DNA of 64,000 nucleotides from Polyangiales bacterium (GTDB lineage Bacteria; Myxococcota_A; Polyangia; Polyangiales; Houyiibacteriaceae): NCBI GenBank assembly GCA_045106895.1, contig JBGCFM010000025.1, positions 1 to 64,000 of the forward strand, read 5' to 3'. Shown piece by piece: positions 63,813 to 64,000 of this stretch (position 1 is its first letter; each line of letters starts with the position of its first letter). The notes under the pieces were generated by a model. It saw only the letters and a program-made list of their open reading frames with translations, ran no database searches and was not told where the DNA came from. The position numbers and the translations under genes were made by a program.

Positions 63813-64000
63813 ATGACCGATCGCAGCGACGCTCTTCATCGCCTCTTCTCCGGCGCCCTCACTCTCTCGCTTTTGTGCGGCCTCACCGCCGTCGTGGGCT
63901 GCGACGAGGACACCCCAGAAGAGCCATCCGTCGAAACTCCAGAGGCGCCCGAAACGCCCGAAACGCCCGAAGCGCCCGAAGCGACCGCCCAGCCTGCGGC
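63813..64000 (+). CDS. Lipoprotein, runs off the window end
   Basis: MTDRSDALHRLFSGALTLSLLCGLTAVVGC followed by PEA/PET repeats. Frame stays open to the end. Confidence 0.7.
   Translation, partial: MTDRSDALHRLFSGALTLSLLCGLTAVVGCDEDTPEEPSVETPEAPETPETPEAPEATAQPA

Noticed and set aside
1..64000. tRNA, rRNA, IS elements and defence systems
   Set aside because: No cloverleaf, rRNA-like segment, transposase, terminal inverted repeats or recognisable defence genes were seen by eye. tRNAscan, ISEScan and DefenseFinder were not run.

Overview
High-GC chromosomal window that looks myxobacterial (Myxococcota, Polyangia-like). This is inferred from a MYXO-CTERM tail, a CglB-like vWA lipoprotein, Cys-rich and DAG-linker lipoproteins, and two Ser/Thr kinases. 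It has three parts. (1) 1-8.6 kb: a NarL-type two-component pair followed by a Kunitz lipoprotein and a three-gene operon (Cys-rich lipoprotein, secreted tail-collar fibre protein, 1572-aa lipoprotein with Tc toxin A-like architecture). The Kunitz gene and the operon share a 16-bp operator at identical spacing. This is the best candidate for an undescribed system. (2) 11.7-31.6 kb: intact flagellar genes (flgA/H/I/J, two short flagellins, fliD/S/T, a diguanylate cyclase and an FlhG-PilZ fusion), unexpected in a lineage whose cultured members glide. They come with readable sigma54 and sigma28 promoters, CsrA-type hairpins, an FlgJ carrying a Cys-His peptidase-like domain and two candidate small RNAs. 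(3) 31.6-64 kb: housekeeping and envelope genes (hrpB, arfB, topA, kinases, MFS, lipoproteins) plus two unusual proteins, an exported dikinase-like lipoprotein and a flippase-sulfatase-like fusion. No rRNA, tRNA, CRISPR array, integrase or transposase was seen. All family calls come from motif recognition by eye; no database searches were run.
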